From assembly GCA_040754455.1 (NCBI GenBank), contig JBFMCP010000001.1, forward strand, positions 192,001-256,000: a stretch of 64,000 nt of DNA. Direction: 5' to 3'. This DNA is from Nitrospirota bacterium. GTDB lineage: Bacteria; Nitrospirota; Thermodesulfovibrionia; Thermodesulfovibrionales; Dissulfurispiraceae. Positions 1-10,365 of the stretch are shown piece by piece. How positions within the stretch are numbered: position 1 is the stretch's first letter; each line of letters opens with the position of its first letter. The notes under the pieces were generated by a model, which saw nothing but the letters and a program-made list of their open reading frames with translations, had not been told where the DNA came from and made no database searches. The translations under genes were made by a program, and so were the position numbers.

Positions 1-118
1 ACCCTTAATAACAGCACCTGTTTAATGGAGGAGTGTTGCATTTCTGTTTATAATAAATGCGCATTGAGAAAGTTTCTTGTAGTACCCGTTCCCGCCTTTA
101 GCTCAAATGCGTAACACC
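1..118 (+). mobile_element. Dispersed nested-inverted-repeat (MITE-like) element, copy 1, 3' part (5' part runs off the window)
   Basis: GCGCATTGAGAAAGTTTCTTGTAGTACCCGTTCCCGCC (59-96) matches the 3' arm of the copies at 11819, 24638 and 53288. TGCGTAACACC (108-118) is a degenerate outer end. Confidence 0.75.
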
Positions 119-134
119 AAATTGGATTTTAAAA

Positions 135-458
135 TTATACGGAGATGATATAGATTCCCACTCCCGCCAGCAGCGCTGCAGTGACAAAAAGAAAAAACTG
201 CAAAGCTCTCAGCAGCAATGGTCCCCGGACATATTCGACAGCTATTCCCCACATGCCGTTGAATCCATGGTATATTGCCGAGATAAGGAATACTGTATCA
301 AAAGTCTTCCAGAAGGGGTTTGAAAGTCTTCTCATGACAACCTCGTGGCTGATCTGTTCAGGGCCGCTGTAGTGCATGATGATAAAATGGAGGGCAAGCC
401 CTGCAACGAGAAAGACGCCGGTGATCCTCTGGAAAAGCCATCCCCAGACCCCTTTCAA
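135..458 (-). CDS. sdhD: Succinate dehydrogenase hydrophobic membrane anchor subunit
   Basis: WLFQRITG...LHF...YHGFNG motifs and 3 TM helices. Probable TTG start overlaps the sdhC stop (TTGA). Confidence 0.85.
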   Translation of the reverse strand: MKGVWGWLFQRITGVFLVAGLALHFIIMHYSGPEQISHEVVMRRLSNPFWKTFDTVFLISAIYHGFNGMWGIAVEYVRGPLLLRALQFFLFVTAALLAGVGIYIISV

Positions 459-799
459 TGCGCACCCCCGATGAACGGCACTGCCCCGAACACCGAGAGC
501 AGGCCGCCGATAATGACCGCCGCCCAGAACAACTTCTTCTGAAACGCGGTCGGGACGCCGAGGTCGAGAAGCACCAAGCGGGTGCCGTTTGCAGCGTGGG
601 CAACCACCAGGGCGAGGAGACCGACTTCGCTGAGTCTTACGAGAGGGTGCTTCATGAGGCTCGTGATCGCCATGTATGCAGCCGGATCTTTGAGGTGGCT
701 CAAGACATAGAGATGGACGAAAAGGTACAGCGTCAACAGCACACCGGTGATCCGGTGGATGAGCCATGCCACTGAGCCTGTCTGCAATGCGTACCGCAT
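455..799 (-). CDS. sdhC: Succinate dehydrogenase cytochrome b556 subunit
   Basis: WLIHRITG...HL...HAANGTRLVLLD motifs, 3 TM helices. Confidence 0.9.
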   Translation of the reverse strand: MRYALQTGSVAWLIHRITGVLLTLYLFVHLYVLSHLKDPAAYMAITSLMKHPLVRLSEVGLLALVVAHAANGTRLVLLDLGVPTAFQKKLFWAAVIIGGLLSVFGAVPFIGGAH

Positions 800-1443
800 C
801 AGCCCTTCCTCACCTTTACGCCTTTGTATTTTTTCTCAAGCTCCGACCTGAGCCCGATAAAACTTCCCTTACCTTTCGTCCTGATCACGATATTCCGGCA
901 TCCATCCTCGACTCCCTCATAGGAAGTGAGAATGCTCTGCATGCTGAAGCCGTATTTTCTGATGATATCCGCCACCTCTTTTATTGAGCCGGGCCTGTCC
1001 TCGATGGAGAGGTATACCCTGTTGCCGCCATGGCGCACGCCGGTGATATCGATGAGGGCATGGAAGATGTCCCGGTCTGATATGATCCCTACAAGCCTCC
1101 CGTTTTCCACAACCGGTAAACACCCTATCATCCTGTCGTAGAGGACCATCGCCGCCTCTTCAACGGGGGTCTCGGGGGTGGTAGTTATCACTTTGGTCTT
1201 CATGATGTCTTTGACCTTTGCTTTAGCGAGGATATAGTGGAGCTCATAGATATCGAGGGTGGTCGCTGACGATGGGGTGAACTCCTTTATGTCCCTGTCC
1301 GATACCATTCCCTTTATCTTGCCCTCTTTAAGCACAGGGAGGTGCTTGATCTTTCTTTCCTTCATCATCCTTACCGCATCTGAAATGCTGTCATCAGGAC
1401 TAACGGTATAGACCTTCTTTGTCATCCAGTCCGAGACGAACAT
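799..1443 (-). CDS. CBS-pair + ACT domain protein (AcuB-like)
   Basis: Two CBS repeats (HLPVL...GMVSDRD, CLPVV...GIISDRD) and a C-terminal ACT domain (EDRPGSI). Confidence 0.9.
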   Translation of the reverse strand: MFVSDWMTKKVYTVSPDDSISDAVRMMKERKIKHLPVLKEGKIKGMVSDRDIKEFTPSSATTLDIYELHYILAKAKVKDIMKTKVITTTPETPVEEAAMVLYDRMIGCLPVVENGRLVGIISDRDIFHALIDITGVRHGGNRVYLSIEDRPGSIKEVADIIRKYGFSMQSILTSYEGVEDGCRNIVIRTKGKGSFIGLRSELEKKYKGVKVRKG

Positions 1444-1461
1444 AATCCACCTCCTAAGGTA

Positions 1462-1530
1462 AAATCCTAAATCCGAATTCCTAAATCAGAAACAAAAAGT
1501 CTAGAATTTCGTGCTTAGGATTTCGGATTT
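1462..1530. repeat. Heptamer-periodic inverted repeat hairpin (AAATCCT/AAATCCG class)
   Basis: AAATCCT AAATCCG AATTCCT AAATCAG ... TCGTGCT TAGGATT TCGGATT T. Confidence 0.8.
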
Positions 1531-1537
1531 ACAGAAG

Positions 1538-2242
1538 TTATACTCCTAAGTATGCCTTTCTCACATGCTCGTCGCCGAGCAGTGATGCGCCGGTCCCTTG
1601 CAGCACGATCTTGCCGCTTTCGAGGACATAGGCCCTGTCGGCTATGGAGAGGGTCTGCTTCACATTCTGCTCCACAATGAGGACCGTCGTACCCTCTTCT
1701 CTGATCCTGGTGATCACATTGAATATCTCCCTGACCAGAATAGGCGCGAGACCGAGCGAGGGCTCGTCAAACATCAAGAGCTTCGGCTTCGACATCAGCC
1801 CTCTGCCTACGGCAAGCATCTGCTGCTCGCCGCCGCTCAGTGTGCCTGCAAGCTGCTTCTGCCGCTCCTTAAGCCGTGGAAACAATCCGAACACCATCTC
1901 CTTCGTCTTTTCCCGTTCTTTTTTCGCCTCACCCTTAAGCGAACCCATCTCGAGGTTCTCCTCAACCGTCATCTCGACGAAAAGCCTCCGCGCTTCGGGG
2001 ACATGGGCAATGCCGTATTCGATGAGCTTGAAGGGCGGAGCAATGTGGAGCGGCATGCCGTTGAACATAATTTCACCGGGCCGGGGCCTGAGGATTCCCG
2101 ATATCGTTTTGAGGATAGTCGATTTCCCCGCTCCGTTCGCGCCGACAAGGGCGACGATCTCTCCCTGCTTCACCTCAAAAGAGACATTCCAGATGACCTG
2201 GACATCTCCATAGGAAACATTAATACCTTTGATCTCAAGCAT
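1538..2242 (-). CDS. livF: Branched-chain amino acid (HAAT) family ABC transporter ATPase, LivF-like
   Basis: GANGAGKS Walker A, LSGGEQQM, DEPSLGLAP. Confidence 0.9.
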   Translation of the reverse strand: MLEIKGINVSYGDVQVIWNVSFEVKQGEIVALVGANGAGKSTILKTISGILRPRPGEIMFNGMPLHIAPPFKLIEYGIAHVPEARRLFVEMTVEENLEMGSLKGEAKKEREKTKEMVFGLFPRLKERQKQLAGTLSGGEQQMLAVGRGLMSKPKLLMFDEPSLGLAPILVREIFNVITRIREEGTTVLIVEQNVKQTLSIADRAYVLESGKIVLQGTGASLLGDEHVRKAYLGV

Positions 2243-2957
2243 GCTGCGCCTCTCCCAGATACGCCTCTATAACGAGCGGATTGTTGCCTATTTCATGGGG
2301 TGTCCCCTCGGCGATCTTCTCGCCGTAATTCAGGACAACGATACGGTCAGAAATCGACATGATGACCTTCATATGGTGCTCGATAATCATGATCGTTATC
2401 CCCTTTTCCTTGATCTTTTTGATGATCTCGATCGATTCGTTCAGCTCCGAGGGGTTCAGTCCTGCAAAGGATTCGTCCAGCAGGAGCATTTCAGGGTTCG
2501 TCGCAAGGGCCCGGGCGATTTCGAGGCGCTTTCTCTTTCCAAGAGGGAGTCCTTTTGAAATCACCATCCGGTCATCATAGAGCGCGGTAAATTTCAGCGT
2601 CTCGATGGCGACCGCCTCTGCCTGAGCCTTGCTCTTTGCCCTGAGGAAAGCGGAGGCAATGACATTGTCGAGCACCGTCATCCGCTGCAGCGGCTTGACT
2701 ACCTGGAAGGTCCGGGCAATACCGCGCCGGCAGATCTGGTGGGGTTTCAACCCGGAGATCCTTTCACCCCTAAATATCACTTCACCTTTTGAGGGCTGGT
2801 AAAAGCCGTTGGCGACATTGAAGAGCGTCGTCTTACCCGCACCGTTCGGCCCGATGAGACCGAGTATCTCTCCCTTGTTGACCGAAAAGGAAACCCCATT
2901 GATAGCGGCGAGGCCGCCGAAGAACATCGAGACATTGTTCACTTCGAGCAAGCTCAT
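2235..2957 (-). CDS. livG: HAAT family ABC transporter ATPase, LivG-like
   Basis: GPNGAGKTT, IARTFQ, IEHHM, EAYLG. Confidence 0.9.
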   Translation of the reverse strand: MSLLEVNNVSMFFGGLAAINGVSFSVNKGEILGLIGPNGAGKTTLFNVANGFYQPSKGEVIFRGERISGLKPHQICRRGIARTFQVVKPLQRMTVLDNVIASAFLRAKSKAQAEAVAIETLKFTALYDDRMVISKGLPLGKRKRLEIARALATNPEMLLLDESFAGLNPSELNESIEIIKKIKEKGITIMIIEHHMKVIMSISDRIVVLNYGEKIAEGTPHEIGNNPLVIEAYLGEAQHA

Positions 2958-3895
2958 GATGAGGCCCTCCCGAGTTTGAACAGCTTTTTCAGTTTGCCAA
3001 AGTCTCCGGTAATGCCGTTGGGAAGGAAAATGATGATGACGATGAGGAGCACGCCGAACAAGGTCTGGTGTGCCGCACCGAGCTGGGGTATGGAGCGGAC
3101 CACCTCGGCAAGGAGTACCATGATCACCGCACCGACCACAGGACCCCAGAAGGTCGCCACACCGCCGACCATGACGACCATGATCGTCACGATCGAGATA
3201 TCATGCAGGGCAAAGGCGATCTTCGGATCGATATAGCCCATGTAGTTGGTATAGAACGCGCCGGCAACGCCGGTGAGCACTGCACTCAGGCAGAGCGCCA
3301 CCGTTTTGTAAAAGGTCGTATTGATGCCCAGGGACTCCGCTGCGTCCTGGTCCTCCCTGATCGCAACAAAGTAATATCCCAGTTTGGACTCGATCACCTT
3401 CTTTACGAGAAAGAAGGTCACCGCCGCAATGGCAAGAATAATGTAGTAGTACGGCATCTTGTCGACCCATGTCCGCTGCTGGATCAGTATGCCGAGATCC
3501 CCCTGGGTAAAACCGACCAGATTCTCCGACGCCACTCTCAGCACCTCTCCCATTGAGAGCGTTGCGAGGGCGAAGTAGGGGCCGCGGAGCCGCAGCACGA
3601 TAAAGCCTATCACAAGCGAAACAAGCGCAACGGCAAGAACGCTCAACGGCAACCCCCACCAGGGGGAGGCGCCGAAATGATGATAGAGCATGCCCGCAGT
3701 ATAGGCGCCCACACCGAAAAACGCTGCATGGCCAAAGGAGACCTGGCCGCAGTAGCCGCCGAGAAGGTTCCATGCCATGCCGATGACGGACCACATGATG
3801 AAGATGATAAGGATGTGCATCAGATAACTGCTCAGTCCGAGAAGCGGCGCGAGGGCAAGGACGGCAAGTATGATGAGCGGCAGAAAATTTTTCAT
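2954..3895 (-). CDS. livM: HAAT family ABC transporter permease, LivM-like
   Basis: GQVSFGHAAFFGVGAY, RLRGPYFALATL, AIREDQDAAESLG. Start trimmed to MKNFL, whose ATG overlaps the livH stop. Confidence 0.9.
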   Translation of the reverse strand: MKNFLPLIILAVLALAPLLGLSSYLMHILIIFIMWSVIGMAWNLLGGYCGQVSFGHAAFFGVGAYTAGMLYHHFGASPWWGLPLSVLAVALVSLVIGFIVLRLRGPYFALATLSMGEVLRVASENLVGFTQGDLGILIQQRTWVDKMPYYYIILAIAAVTFFLVKKVIESKLGYYFVAIREDQDAAESLGINTTFYKTVALCLSAVLTGVAGAFYTNYMGYIDPKIAFALHDISIVTIMVVMVGGVATFWGPVVGAVIMVLLAEVVRSIPQLGAAHQTLFGVLLIVIIIFLPNGITGDFGKLKKLFKLGRASS

Positions 3896-4821
3896 CGCCC
3901 CAACCTCTTCTTTCTGAGCAGCGAGGCGACGCCGCCGGGGAGGAAGATCAGAGCCGCCACAAAAATGACGAACCTTCCCACCGGCGCCCATCCCATGCCC
4001 ATATAAGTGGCGGTCATGGATTCGAAGATGCCGAGGATCAGGCCGCCGATGATCGCCCCAACCGTCGAGCCCAGGCCGCCGAGAATGGTGATAACGAAGG
4101 CGATGAGGGTGAACTGCCCGCCCAGCGCAGGATAGAGATAATAGATCGGAATAAAGAGGCATCCGGCAGCGCCCACCAGTCCGGCGCCAAGGCCGAAGCT
4201 GAGCATTCTCATCCTGTTCACATTTACGCCCATGAGCAGCGCTGCGTGGAGGTCCTGCGCCGTTGCCCTAACCGATTTGCCCGTGTCGGTCTTGGTCAGG
4301 AAGAACCACAGCAGCGCGGTAATGATCAGCGCAATGAGAAACGACACGGACCAGGGGAACGAGAGCGACAGCTCTATCGGCGCATCCTTCCAGTAATCGG
4401 TCAGGTAAAATGCCTTCGAGGCATAATCAACCGGGACCGAACGGTAATCGGACTTGAAGAAGAGTGTGGCCATATTGGCCAGCACCATGCCGATACCGAC
4501 GGTGAGGATTACCTGGTTTTCAGGAAGGATCGAGTCCACCTTGAGCACCGGTGTAATGAGAAATTTCTGAAGGCCGACGCCCAGGAGAAACAGCACAGGC
4601 GCGGCAACAAAGACCGAGAGATACGGGTCGATATGGAAGAGCGCAAAGAGCCAGTAGGCGATATACATGGCCACCATCATGAGCTCGCCGTGGGCGAGGT
4701 TGATGATCTTCATCACACCCATGATGATGGTCATGCCGATACCGATGAGGGCATAGAGGCCGCCCAACAAGAGACCGGCGATGAGTGTCTGCAAGAGGAC
4801 TTCGACCTGTGCTGCGGACAT
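3892..4821 (-). CDS. livH: HAAT family ABC transporter permease, LivH-like
   Basis: GGLYALIGIG...INLAHGE, ILGGLGS. Confidence 0.9.
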   Translation of the reverse strand: MSAAQVEVLLQTLIAGLLLGGLYALIGIGMTIIMGVMKIINLAHGELMMVAMYIAYWLFALFHIDPYLSVFVAAPVLFLLGVGLQKFLITPVLKVDSILPENQVILTVGIGMVLANMATLFFKSDYRSVPVDYASKAFYLTDYWKDAPIELSLSFPWSVSFLIALIITALLWFFLTKTDTGKSVRATAQDLHAALLMGVNVNRMRMLSFGLGAGLVGAAGCLFIPIYYLYPALGGQFTLIAFVITILGGLGSTVGAIIGGLILGIFESMTATYMGMGWAPVGRFVIFVAALIFLPGGVASLLRKKRLGR

Positions 4822-4905
4822 CGCTACACTCCCCGATCATTCCTGCAGCGCCCTCCTGCAAAAGAGGGCACTGCATTGTTTAATGTATATGGGAAACGCA
4901 TAAAA

Positions 4906-6096
4906 CTATCTTCTCTCTCTCCATTTCGGTATGGGATACACATATTTCTGGCTCGCGTATTTGAGCGGCCATATGGTCTCGTGGTTGCCCTTGATCACCT
5001 GCAGCACGAGGGTATCCATGAAGTTCTGGTTCTGGTACCCTTCTTTGTCCTCGAATTTGACAGGACCGAAGGCGGTCGTCATGTTGGTGGCCTTCATCGC
5101 AGCGCGAATGTCTTCGGGTTTCATGCTCTTGGCCCGCTCAATGGCATTCTTGATGATATACAGCGCGGAGTACGCTTCAGCACCGTGATAGGATGGGTAG
5201 TCGCCGTAAAGCTTCTTATACTTTTCGGCAAACTCCTTTGCTCCCGGATATTTAACCTGCGGACTCCAGAGGGTTGCGGTCACCACGTATTCAGAGGCGT
5301 CTTTCGCGTTATCGACAAACTCGGGAAGCGCGAATCCCGCGGCGCCGCCCGCAAAAAGCTTGGCATCGATTCTGAGCTCCTTGATCTGCCGCATGAGCAG
5401 CGCCGCATCCATAACGTAGGACACCATATAGATGACATCAGGGTTGGCGGCCTTCACCTTCGAAAGGATAGGTTTAAAGTCCACCGCTCCCTTTTCGTAT
5501 TTCTCTTTTACGAGCACCTTCATGCCCGATCTCCCGGCCTGCTTCACCATATCCTCTGCACCGGAAGTGCCGAAGTCGGAACTCTCGTACACAATAGCAA
5601 TAGATTTCGGCTTGACCACTTCCTTGAGGAACGACATAAGGCCGCTTGCATAGTAGGCGTTCGACGGATTCATGCGGAAGACATATTTATATTTCTGCTG
5701 GGTAATGTCATCAGCCGCACCGGTAACAACGAGATAGGGGACTTTTCTTTCTTCAGCAACTGCCGCGATCGCCTTGGAGCTGGATGAGCTGTAGTCGCCG
5801 AAAATGACGGGCTGCTTTTTGACATCAATGACCTTCTCTGCAATGGCCCGCGAGATTTCGGGTTTGCCCTGGGAGTCCTCGAATTCAAGGATGACTTTTC
5901 TACCCTTGATACCGCCTTTGGCGTTGATCTCATCCTTGGCGATCTCGTACGATCTCTTTTCCATCTCACCGAACTTCGCCTGCGAGCCGGTGAGGGGAAG
6001 AGGGATAATAAGAGTCAGGGGCTCTGCTGCATACGCACCTGCAACAGCAAGACTCAAGAGAAATGCCAGCGCCATCACTAATGAAAACCGTTTCAT
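4906..6096 (-). CDS. HAAT family ABC substrate-binding protein (LivK-like)
   Basis: Signal peptide MKRFSLVM..., PLTG...G, EINAKGGIKG, YSSS motif. RBS AAGGAGG upstream of 6096. Confidence 0.9.
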   Translation of the reverse strand: MKRFSLVMALAFLLSLAVAGAYAAEPLTLIIPLPLTGSQAKFGEMEKRSYEIAKDEINAKGGIKGRKVILEFEDSQGKPEISRAIAEKVIDVKKQPVIFGDYSSSSSKAIAAVAEERKVPYLVVTGAADDITQQKYKYVFRMNPSNAYYASGLMSFLKEVVKPKSIAIVYESSDFGTSGAEDMVKQAGRSGMKVLVKEKYEKGAVDFKPILSKVKAANPDVIYMVSYVMDAALLMRQIKELRIDAKLFAGGAAGFALPEFVDNAKDASEYVVTATLWSPQVKYPGAKEFAEKYKKLYGDYPSYHGAEAYSALYIIKNAIERAKSMKPEDIRAAMKATNMTTAFGPVKFEDKEGYQNQNFMDTLVLQVIKGNHETIWPLKYASQKYVYPIPKWRERR

Positions 6097-6128
6097 CTCG
6101 TCCTCCTTGTATGATGTTTTACTGAATA

Positions 6129-6902
6129 CTATCGCACCTTCTTCTTCACTGCCAGTTGTTTCAGCTTGATGATATGTTTCGTGATATCGATCTCTTTGGG
6201 GCATACCTCGACGCAATTGTAAATGGAGTGGCACCGCCAGAGTCCGTGCATCTGGGTAACGCTCTTGAGCCGCTCGTCCGTTGCCCTGTCTCTCGTATCG
6301 AAAATAAACCGGTACGCCTTGAGCATGGCAGAAGGGCCGAGATACTCCTTATCCGCCCAGAAGCTCGGGCACGAGGTAGTGCAGGAGCCGCACATAATGC
6401 AGGTGATGGATTGGAGTATCTTCTGCTGGTCCTCGGGGCTCTGCAGCCGCTCACGCTCCGGAGGCGTCTCTTTGTTAATAAGATAGGGCAGTATCTTCTG
6501 GTTCTTTGCAAAAAAAGGCTCCATGTCGACCACAAGGTCCTTTATGACCGGCAGCGCCGGAAGAGGCTCGAGCACGATCATTCCGATGCGCTCTCGAATA
6601 TCCCTGTCAGCAGCCCTCTTATGTCCGCACCGGGACGAAGAGGGATAGAAGAGCGGGACATCCTTAATGAGCGTCTGACAGGCAAGGCCGTTCTTGCCGT
6701 TGATCTTCATAGCGCAGGAACCGCAGACCCCGTGCGCACAGGAACGGCGGAAGGTCAGACTGCCGTCCAGTTCATCCTTGATTTTGATCAGTCCGTCGAG
6801 TACCCGCTGCGTCGGGACCATCTCGACACAGAAGTCCTCCCACCGCGGCGCAGTATCCTTTTCCGGATCGACCCTTTTTATTCTGAAAATATATTTCTCC
6901 AC
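6129..6902 (-). CDS. sdhB: Succinate dehydrogenase/fumarate reductase iron-sulfur subunit (with ~25 aa in-frame insertion)
   Basis: RRSCAHGVCGSC, CIMCGSCTTSCP, CHSIYNCVEVCP. Confidence 0.95.
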   Translation of the reverse strand: MEKYIFRIKRVDPEKDTAPRWEDFCVEMVPTQRVLDGLIKIKDELDGSLTFRRSCAHGVCGSCAMKINGKNGLACQTLIKDVPLFYPSSSRCGHKRAADRDIRERIGMIVLEPLPALPVIKDLVVDMEPFFAKNQKILPYLINKETPPERERLQSPEDQQKILQSITCIMCGSCTTSCPSFWADKEYLGPSAMLKAYRFIFDTRDRATDERLKSVTQMHGLWRCHSIYNCVEVCPKEIDITKHIIKLKQLAVKKKVR

Positions 6903-6911
6903 AAGGCTCCT

Positions 6912-8636
6912 CTAATACTTTCTCTCCACCGGTTGGAACCGGGTAATGGTCACCGGCTTGAATCTGAACTCAATCCCCTTTTCGGCTTTGAAAGCAAAGG
7001 TGTGTTTCAGCCAGTTAGCGTCATCCCGCTTGGGATAATCCTCCCGTGAGTGTGCTCCCCTGCTCTCTTTCCGCTGCAGGGCCGAGCCGGCAATGGCCTC
7101 TCCAAGATTTATGAGATGGCCCAGCTCGATTGCCTCAAGGAGTTCGGTATTGAAGGTTTTGCTCTTGTCCTTGATCACCAGCCTTCCGGCCCGCTCTTTA
7201 TAGGGCTGCAGCTCCTGCACAAGGGTAGTCAGGTCACGCTCATTCCTGTAAACCGAGCATTTATCCATCATCAACGACTGGAACTCTTTCCGCACTGCCC
7301 CTGCCTGTTCGCCATCCTTCCTGTTCATAATAGTGTTGATGCTTTCTTTTACCTTATCGATCTCTGCAGCAGCGACTTTACTCTTTTCTGCATGTTTGAT
7401 AAAGCTGCCTATGGCGATACCTGCCCGCCGTCCGAACACTACCGTATCGAGGAGGGAGTTGCAGCCGAGCCTGTTTGCGCCATGGACCGAAACGCAGGCG
7501 CATTCGCCCGCAGCGTAGAGCCCTTCCACCACTGCGCCTTTCTCATTTTTGAGGACCCTGCCGTCCACATCGGTCGGGACACCGCCCATAGCATAGTGAG
7601 CTGTCGGGAGTATCGGAATCGGCTTTTCGCTGGGGTCGATACCCATATAGATTTTGCAGAAGGTCGAGATCTCGGGGAGCCGCTCTTCGATGATTTTCCT
7701 GTCCAGATGCCTGAGGTCGAGGTAAACGTAATCCTTGCCGCCGATTCCCCTGCCCTCGCGGATCTCGGTCATAATCGCCCGCGAAACCATATCACGGGGT
7801 GCGAGGTCTTTGATGGTCGGCGCATACCGTTCCATGAAACGCTCGCCCCTGTCATTGAGCAGGATGCCGCCTTCGCCCCTTGCTCCTTCGGTAATCAATA
7901 TGCCGAGGCCATATAGTCCAGTGGGATGGAACTGGAAGAACTCCATATCTTCGAGGGGGATTCCTCGATTAAACAAGATGCTCAAACAGTCGCCGGTGCT
8001 TGCAATGGCATTCGATGTTGTTTTGAAGATCCTGCCATAGCCGCCTGACGCAACAAGCGTTGCCTTTGCAGTGAAAACATGGAGTTCGCCGGTCTTGAGA
8101 TGGAGGGCTATTGCGCCCGAGCATTTACCGTCTTCGACCACGATGTCGAGGACCTGGAATTCGGGAAAGAAATTGACGCCATGGAGCTCGCTCTGCTCAT
8201 AGAGCGCAAAGAGGATTGCGTGGCCGGTCCTGTCGGCAGAGTAGCATGCCCTCCGCACCGGCGCGGCGCCGAACTCTTTGGTATGGCCGCCGAACCGCCG
8301 CTGGGCGATCTTGCCTTCAGGCGTTCTCGAAAAGGGGACTCCGAGATGCTCGAGCTCGACAATGGTACGGATCGCGTCCTCGCACATGACCTGAATCACA
8401 TCCTGGTCGCCGAGGAAGTCGCTGCCTTTGGTGGTATCGTAGAAGTGCCATTCCGGGGAATCGGGTTCCTCGTTGCCGAGGGCTGCACTGATGCCGCCCT
8501 GTGCAGCGCCCGAATGTGAACGGGTGGGATAGAGCTTGGTAAGTACTGCCACTGAACCATGCCGGGAGGCCTCAATGGCTGCCCTTGAACCGGCAAGTCC
8601 TGCACCTATGATAAGTGTGTCAAAATCGTGGGTCAT
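6912..8636 (-). CDS. sdhA: Succinate dehydrogenase/fumarate reductase flavoprotein subunit
   Basis: [16 protein letters not shown] (covalent FAD His), [30 protein letters not shown]. Confidence 0.95.
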   Translation of the reverse strand: MTHDFDTLIIGAGLAGSRAAIEASRHGSVAVLTKLYPTRSHSGAAQGGISAALGNEEPDSPEWHFYDTTKGSDFLGDQDVIQVMCEDAIRTIVELEHLGVPFSRTPEGKIAQRRFGGHTKEFGAAPVRRACYSADRTGHAILFALYEQSELHGVNFFPEFQVLDIVVEDGKCSGAIALHLKTGELHVFTAKATLVASGGYGRIFKTTSNAIASTGDCLSILFNRGIPLEDMEFFQFHPTGLYGLGILITEGARGEGGILLNDRGERFMERYAPTIKDLAPRDMVSRAIMTEIREGRGIGGKDYVYLDLRHLDRKIIEERLPEISTFCKIYMGIDPSEKPIPILPTAHYAMGGVPTDVDGRVLKNEKGAVVEGLYAAGECACVSVHGANRLGCNSLLDTVVFGRRAGIAIGSFIKHAEKSKVAAAEIDKVKESINTIMNRKDGEQAGAVRKEFQSLMMDKCSVYRNERDLTTLVQELQPYKERAGRLVIKDKSKTFNTELLEAIELGHLINLGEAIAGSALQRKESRGAHSREDYPKRDDANWLKHTFAFKAEKGIEFRFKPVTITRFQPVERKY

Positions 8637-8717
8637 AACCCCTCTTCCTCATCCCCCCCTGCCATACAAAATCGTATGCTGTTACATGATTACACATTTT
8701 GTCGAAAAAAATCCATA

Positions 8718-8747
8718 TTGACGCGCCTTGATAATGAAATTTATAAT
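8718..8747 (+). promoter_or_regulatory. Sigma70-like promoter for malic enzyme
   Basis: TTGACG-N18-TATAAT in the AT-rich divergent region. Confidence 0.55.
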
Positions 8748-8897
8748 GCCGATGAAAACATAATAAATAGAAATGCATTGAGAACACAATTGTAACTGAG
8801 TCGAAAATTGACAGCAAAGTGCCAATAAATAGATTAAATTTTAAGCTTTAGATTAAGCACAAAAAGTTATGATACATTATTATTTAAGGAGGTCAAT

Positions 8898-10304
8898 ATG
8901 CCACACGTCCCGAGCCCAAGCTATAGCATAACCATCAGGGCGGAAATAGAAAACCGCATCGGTATGTTTGCACAGATTGCCACCGCCATCAGCCATGCAG
9001 GGGGAGACCTCGGCTCCATCGATATCGTCCGGGTGGAAAAAGGAAAAATAATCAGAGATATCACAGTAAATGCCCGCGATGACGAGCATGAGAAGAAGAT
9101 CGTGCGGGCGATCCGGAATATCGACGGGGTGAAGGTCCTCCGTGTTATGGACCGCACGTTCACTGCCCATGAGGGAGGAAAGATCGAAGTGCGCACCAAG
9201 ATCCCGGTAAGAGACAGGAACGATCTCTCGAAGGTGTATACGCCGGGGGTTGCGCGGGTCTGCAGGGACATCCACGAGAATCCCGAGCACGTCTACCGCT
9301 ATACGATAAAAGGGAACTGTATTGCCGTCATCACCGACGGCACCGCAGTGCTCGGTCTCGGCGACATCGGCCCCAAGGCGGCCATGCCGGTAATGGAGGG
9401 CAAGGCGATGATCTTCAAAGAGTTCGCAGGGATCGACGCCTTTCCCATCGCCCTCACGACAAAGGATACCGAGGAGATCGTCTCGATCGTTAAGAACATC
9501 TCCACACCCTTTGGCGGCATCAACCTCGAAGACATCTCGGCCCCCCGCTGTTTCGAGATCGAAAAGCGGCTCAGAGAGATCTGCGATATCCCCGTTATCC
9601 ACGACGACCAGCATGGCACTGCGGTGGTCGTCCTTGCCGCGTTGATCAATGTGGCAAGGTTGGCGAAAAGAGACATAAAGAAGTTCAAGATCGTTATCTC
9701 CGGCGCCGGTGCAGCGGGTATGGCAAATGCCCTGATGCTTGCCAAATACGGGATCAAGGACATCGTTGTCTGCGACCGGGCGGGCGCCATTTATGAGGGT
9801 CGGAAGAATGACATGAATCCCTATAAAAAGGCCCTCGCAAAACAGACCAACCCGAGAAAGGTCAAAGGCAGCATTGCCGACGCCCTGAAGGGAGCGGATG
9901 TCTTTCTGGGGCTCTCGGTCCCCAACATCATCAATGCCGATGATATACGGAGAATGGCAAAAGAACCCGTCGTCTTCGCCCTTGCCAATCCCGAACCCGA
10001 GATAGCGCCCGAGGAAGCGCTTCCCATCGCCCGGGTGCTCGCGACCGGACGCTCCGACTATCCCAATCAGATCAACAACATGCTCAGCTATCCGGGAATC
10101 TTCAGAGGACTGCTCGATGTGAGGGCAAAAGGCGTTAATGAAGAGATCAAGTTCGCCGCAGCCCGGGCGATCGCGTACATCGTAAAAGATGACGAGCTGC
10201 ACGAGGATTACATCATACCGAGTATCTTCGACCGGAAGGTAATCCCTGCTGTTGCCCATGCGGTTGCCGAAACGGCGAAGAAGACAGGGCTGGCGCGGCA
10301 TTAA
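8898..10304 (+). CDS. NAD(P)-dependent malic enzyme with N-terminal ACT domain
   Basis: YTPGVA, TDGTAVLGLGDIG, PVMEGK, INLEDISAPRCF, HDDQHGT, TGRSDYPNQINN. Confidence 0.93.
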   Translation: MPHVPSPSYSITIRAEIENRIGMFAQIATAISHAGGDLGSIDIVRVEKGKIIRDITVNARDDEHEKKIVRAIRNIDGVKVLRVMDRTFTAHEGGKIEVRTKIPVRDRNDLSKVYTPGVARVCRDIHENPEHVYRYTIKGNCIAVITDGTAVLGLGDIGPKAAMPVMEGKAMIFKEFAGIDAFPIALTTKDTEEIVSIVKNISTPFGGINLEDISAPRCFEIEKRLREICDIPVIHDDQHGTAVVVLAALINVARLAKRDIKKFKIVISGAGAAGMANALMLAKYGIKDIVVCDRAGAIYEGRKNDMNPYKKALAKQTNPRKVKGSIADALKGADVFLGLSVPNIINADDIRRMAKEPVVFALANPEPEIAPEEALPIARVLATGRSDYPNQINNMLSYPGIFRGLLDVRAKGVNEEIKFAAARAIAYIVKDDELHEDYIIPSIFDRKVIPAVAHAVAETAKKTGLARH

Positions 10305-10325
10305 GCTATCAGTCCACTAAAGGAA

Positions 10326-10365
10326 TAAAGAGGCTCGGAATATCCTACGCCGCCGGGCTTCTTTA
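10326..10365. terminator. Bidirectional intrinsic terminator between convergent mae and fumC
   Basis: TAAAGAGGCTCGG...CCGGGCTTCTTTA. Confidence 0.65.

Noticed and set aside
4246..5787. Long antisense ORFs (also 8880..10301, 36507..37760, 42504..43748 and many others)
   Set aside because: Shadow frames of well-supported genes on the opposite strand, with no recognisable motifs.
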